From assembly GCF_009914755.1 (NCBI RefSeq), contig NC_060925.1: 64,000 bases of DNA; one strand, written 5' to 3'. A program made the position numbers and the translations under genes. Shown here one piece after another: positions 61,891 to 64,000 of the stretch; positions within the stretch are counted from its first letter, which is position 1; the number at the start of each line of letters is the position of its first letter. This DNA is from the human T2T-CHM13v2.0 reference genome, Homo sapiens. The notes under the pieces were generated by a model that made no database searches, had not been told where the DNA came from, and worked only from the letters and a program-made list of their open reading frames with translations.

Positions 61891-62875
61891 ACACGCGCTC
61901 GGGGCTTCGGCCAGTGCTTTTTCTTTTTCTTTCCTTAGAGAAGAGAAAACGTGCTCCGGTCTGACTTGTCTTAAACCTGCAGAACTGTGTTCCCCTCTGG
62001 CCACCTGCATTAGGCGGCCCCAAGGGGGATGATGAGGTGGAGGAATGAGGGCCACAGCCTGGATAAAAGATACTGTGGGCTCCACAGGATGACAGGGGGA
62101 ACCCCTACTGTGAAGCCAGGCGGGAGGATGCCTACTGTGGTGCCACCCTGGTTCCGAGGAGACCCTGAGCTGCTCCAGGCAAGAGCTCTGGGAAGGACTA
62201 TGCAATCTCGTCTCTGCGGACTTGTGTCTCCAGAGAAATTGCTCCTTCCTGTTGGACGCAGCATCTCAGGGACTCTGGCGGGGCCACAGGGGCAGATACG
62301 GTGCTTGGGTCAGAGACAAAGAGCAAGAAAAGGCCAAGGGCATCACCTTCCCATTTGTTGCGTTCCTCCTGAGGTGGGGGCGAGGAGCGCCTTCATTACG
62401 GTTCAGGTCTGCTTGGACTTCATGAACTTGATTTTCAAAAGAACCTTGAAAATGTTAGAGTTTAAGGTCATATATGCTTGGCAAAATATGGCTTTTAGCT
62501 TGGAAGGAAAAAAAAGGCATAGAGGGCATTTTGGACACAAAATAGCTCTTTAAAACAGCATTTTGATGAGTTAAGTATAAATAAATCAGAAACACACGGA
62601 TCTCATTTCCTTTAAAATACCCGCGGGCTCAAACACTAGCGGGAAAAGTGCCTGGCAAACGGCGGTTTGGGATTTTGACAAACCCAAATATTTTGAAGAG
62701 GTTTCTGAAATGTTTGCACCCAGGTCTCCTCTCTGCCCTACCTTTAGTGCGTGCCTGTGTGCGCTGGTCCCCGTCGGCCTCTGAAGGGCAGGTCCAGCCA
62801 GCACGGCGCGTGGACACCACTCTCTGTGTCCTGGGTGCAGGCTTTCCACAGCCTGACCTGATGATGTGCAGCTTG

Positions 62876-62877
<2 letters not shown>

Positions 62878-62917
<40 letters not shown>

Positions 62918-62920
62918 CGC
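62878..62920. repeat. Compound microsatellite (TG)16(CG)5
   Basis: Perfect alternating pyrimidine-purine run. Confidence 0.97.
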
Positions 62921-64000
62921 AGAAGGAAGGAAACGCAAGGAAGATCAGTTAAGGGATGAGGCTTTGGGTCTTCAAGAATTCTAACTTATTTTGGCGTGGA
63001 ATGGGGAAAAAAAAACACATGAGAATCCTACTTGAAGGAGTTGAAATAAGGCTCTAAAACCGGCACTGGAATGAAGTCAGCAGTGTCTGCTCCCAGCCCA
63101 AACATCTGGGCTCCAAGTGGGCAATCGGCCCCACCTCCAGAAGTGTCGGATCACAGGACACAGCTCCTGGGGACGGAGCCGCCGGGGCAGCCAGATGTGT
63201 GGGCACCGCACAGGCAAAGCCGGTGGCATGCTCCAATGCAAGGCCATCTTCTTTACCTCTGCAGGAACAAATCGGATCAGGTGAGGCTGATTCTCCTGCA
63301 TCCGTGCCTCAGCCCTTAGTGGTCCCAGATCATTGTGGTGGCCACTTTTAGGACAGGGCCAGAGCCTTGGCCTCGACCTCGCCCAGCAGGCAGGCAGCCC
63401 TCCCAGGACCCTTGGGTGAAACTCCAGCTTCCTCCTCCAGGTAGCTCAGGTGCCAGCAGGTAAGGCTGGGAGCAGCTATCCCTGAAGCCAACCCACTTCC
63501 TTCCTGTTCAGAGCTAAGAGCTGCCAAGAAGCACGGGGTGGCTGCTCAGATTCATGAGGTCTGCTCTGCACTTTTACAACCTAATAAAATTTGGGGGCAT
63601 CTGAGAGGAACACCGAGGGGCACACGGGGACGTTGACATGTTGTGGTGGGGTCATTCAGACAGGACCTGAGTGCCGCTCTTCATTTGGTCCTGAATTCGG
63701 GTGTGCGGTGAGGCTGCGCCTGGCACCCCGGATCCCTCCACGGCTTCCCCCTTATCTAGAGCATCTGGCCCCATCTTGGCCGTCTCTGCTCGCTCAGAGA
63801 CATAAACAGAAATGCCGTTTGGCAAAGGCGGCCCTAAAACATCTTTCCCTGAAATGTTCCTTTTGGCGTCTGATTAGGAAAAAAAACCTTGCAATTAATA
63901 CTCTTGAGTTGGATTGTGAGATTTTCTGCAGAATTAGGCTTGGAGCATTTAACAACAAGGTTCCTTATTGCCCAGCCTCTAAATTTATAATAAAAATAAA

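Overview
Primate, most likely human, genomic DNA from the GC-rich PRDM16 (MEL1) locus at 1p36.3, with the gene on the + strand. The only supportable coding sequence is PRDM16 exon 2 (23147-23496, 350 nt). It has canonical AG/GT ends and encodes the N-terminal region and the start of the PR/SET domain. Everything else is intron 1 (1-23146) or intron 2 (23497-64000). The introns hold about ten GC-rich minisatellites, two large degenerate simple-repeat arrays, GC-shifted ancient repeats (L1MB, MLT1, MIR, MER5, MER20, L2), only four Alus, and many AT/TAAT-rich islands that look like conserved enhancers. The other ORFs in the track look like GC or repeat artefacts. I found no demonstrable new biological system. 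The best leads are: (1) a 24-bp VNTR built from consensus splice donors on the antisense strand, which read as U1 5'-end mimics on the sense strand, with AP-1 variant units; (2) a 123-bp unique segment copied into the CCAT array with one-sided CpG loss; (3) a 24-bp VNTR of ERR/NR5A-type sites that could be methylation-switchable; (4) a G4-forming 58/60-bp VNTR near the intron-1 migraine GWAS signal; (5) a FOX-GATA-MEF2 cluster. Repeat family names come from recalled consensus sequences, not a RepeatMasker run, and their boundaries are approximate.
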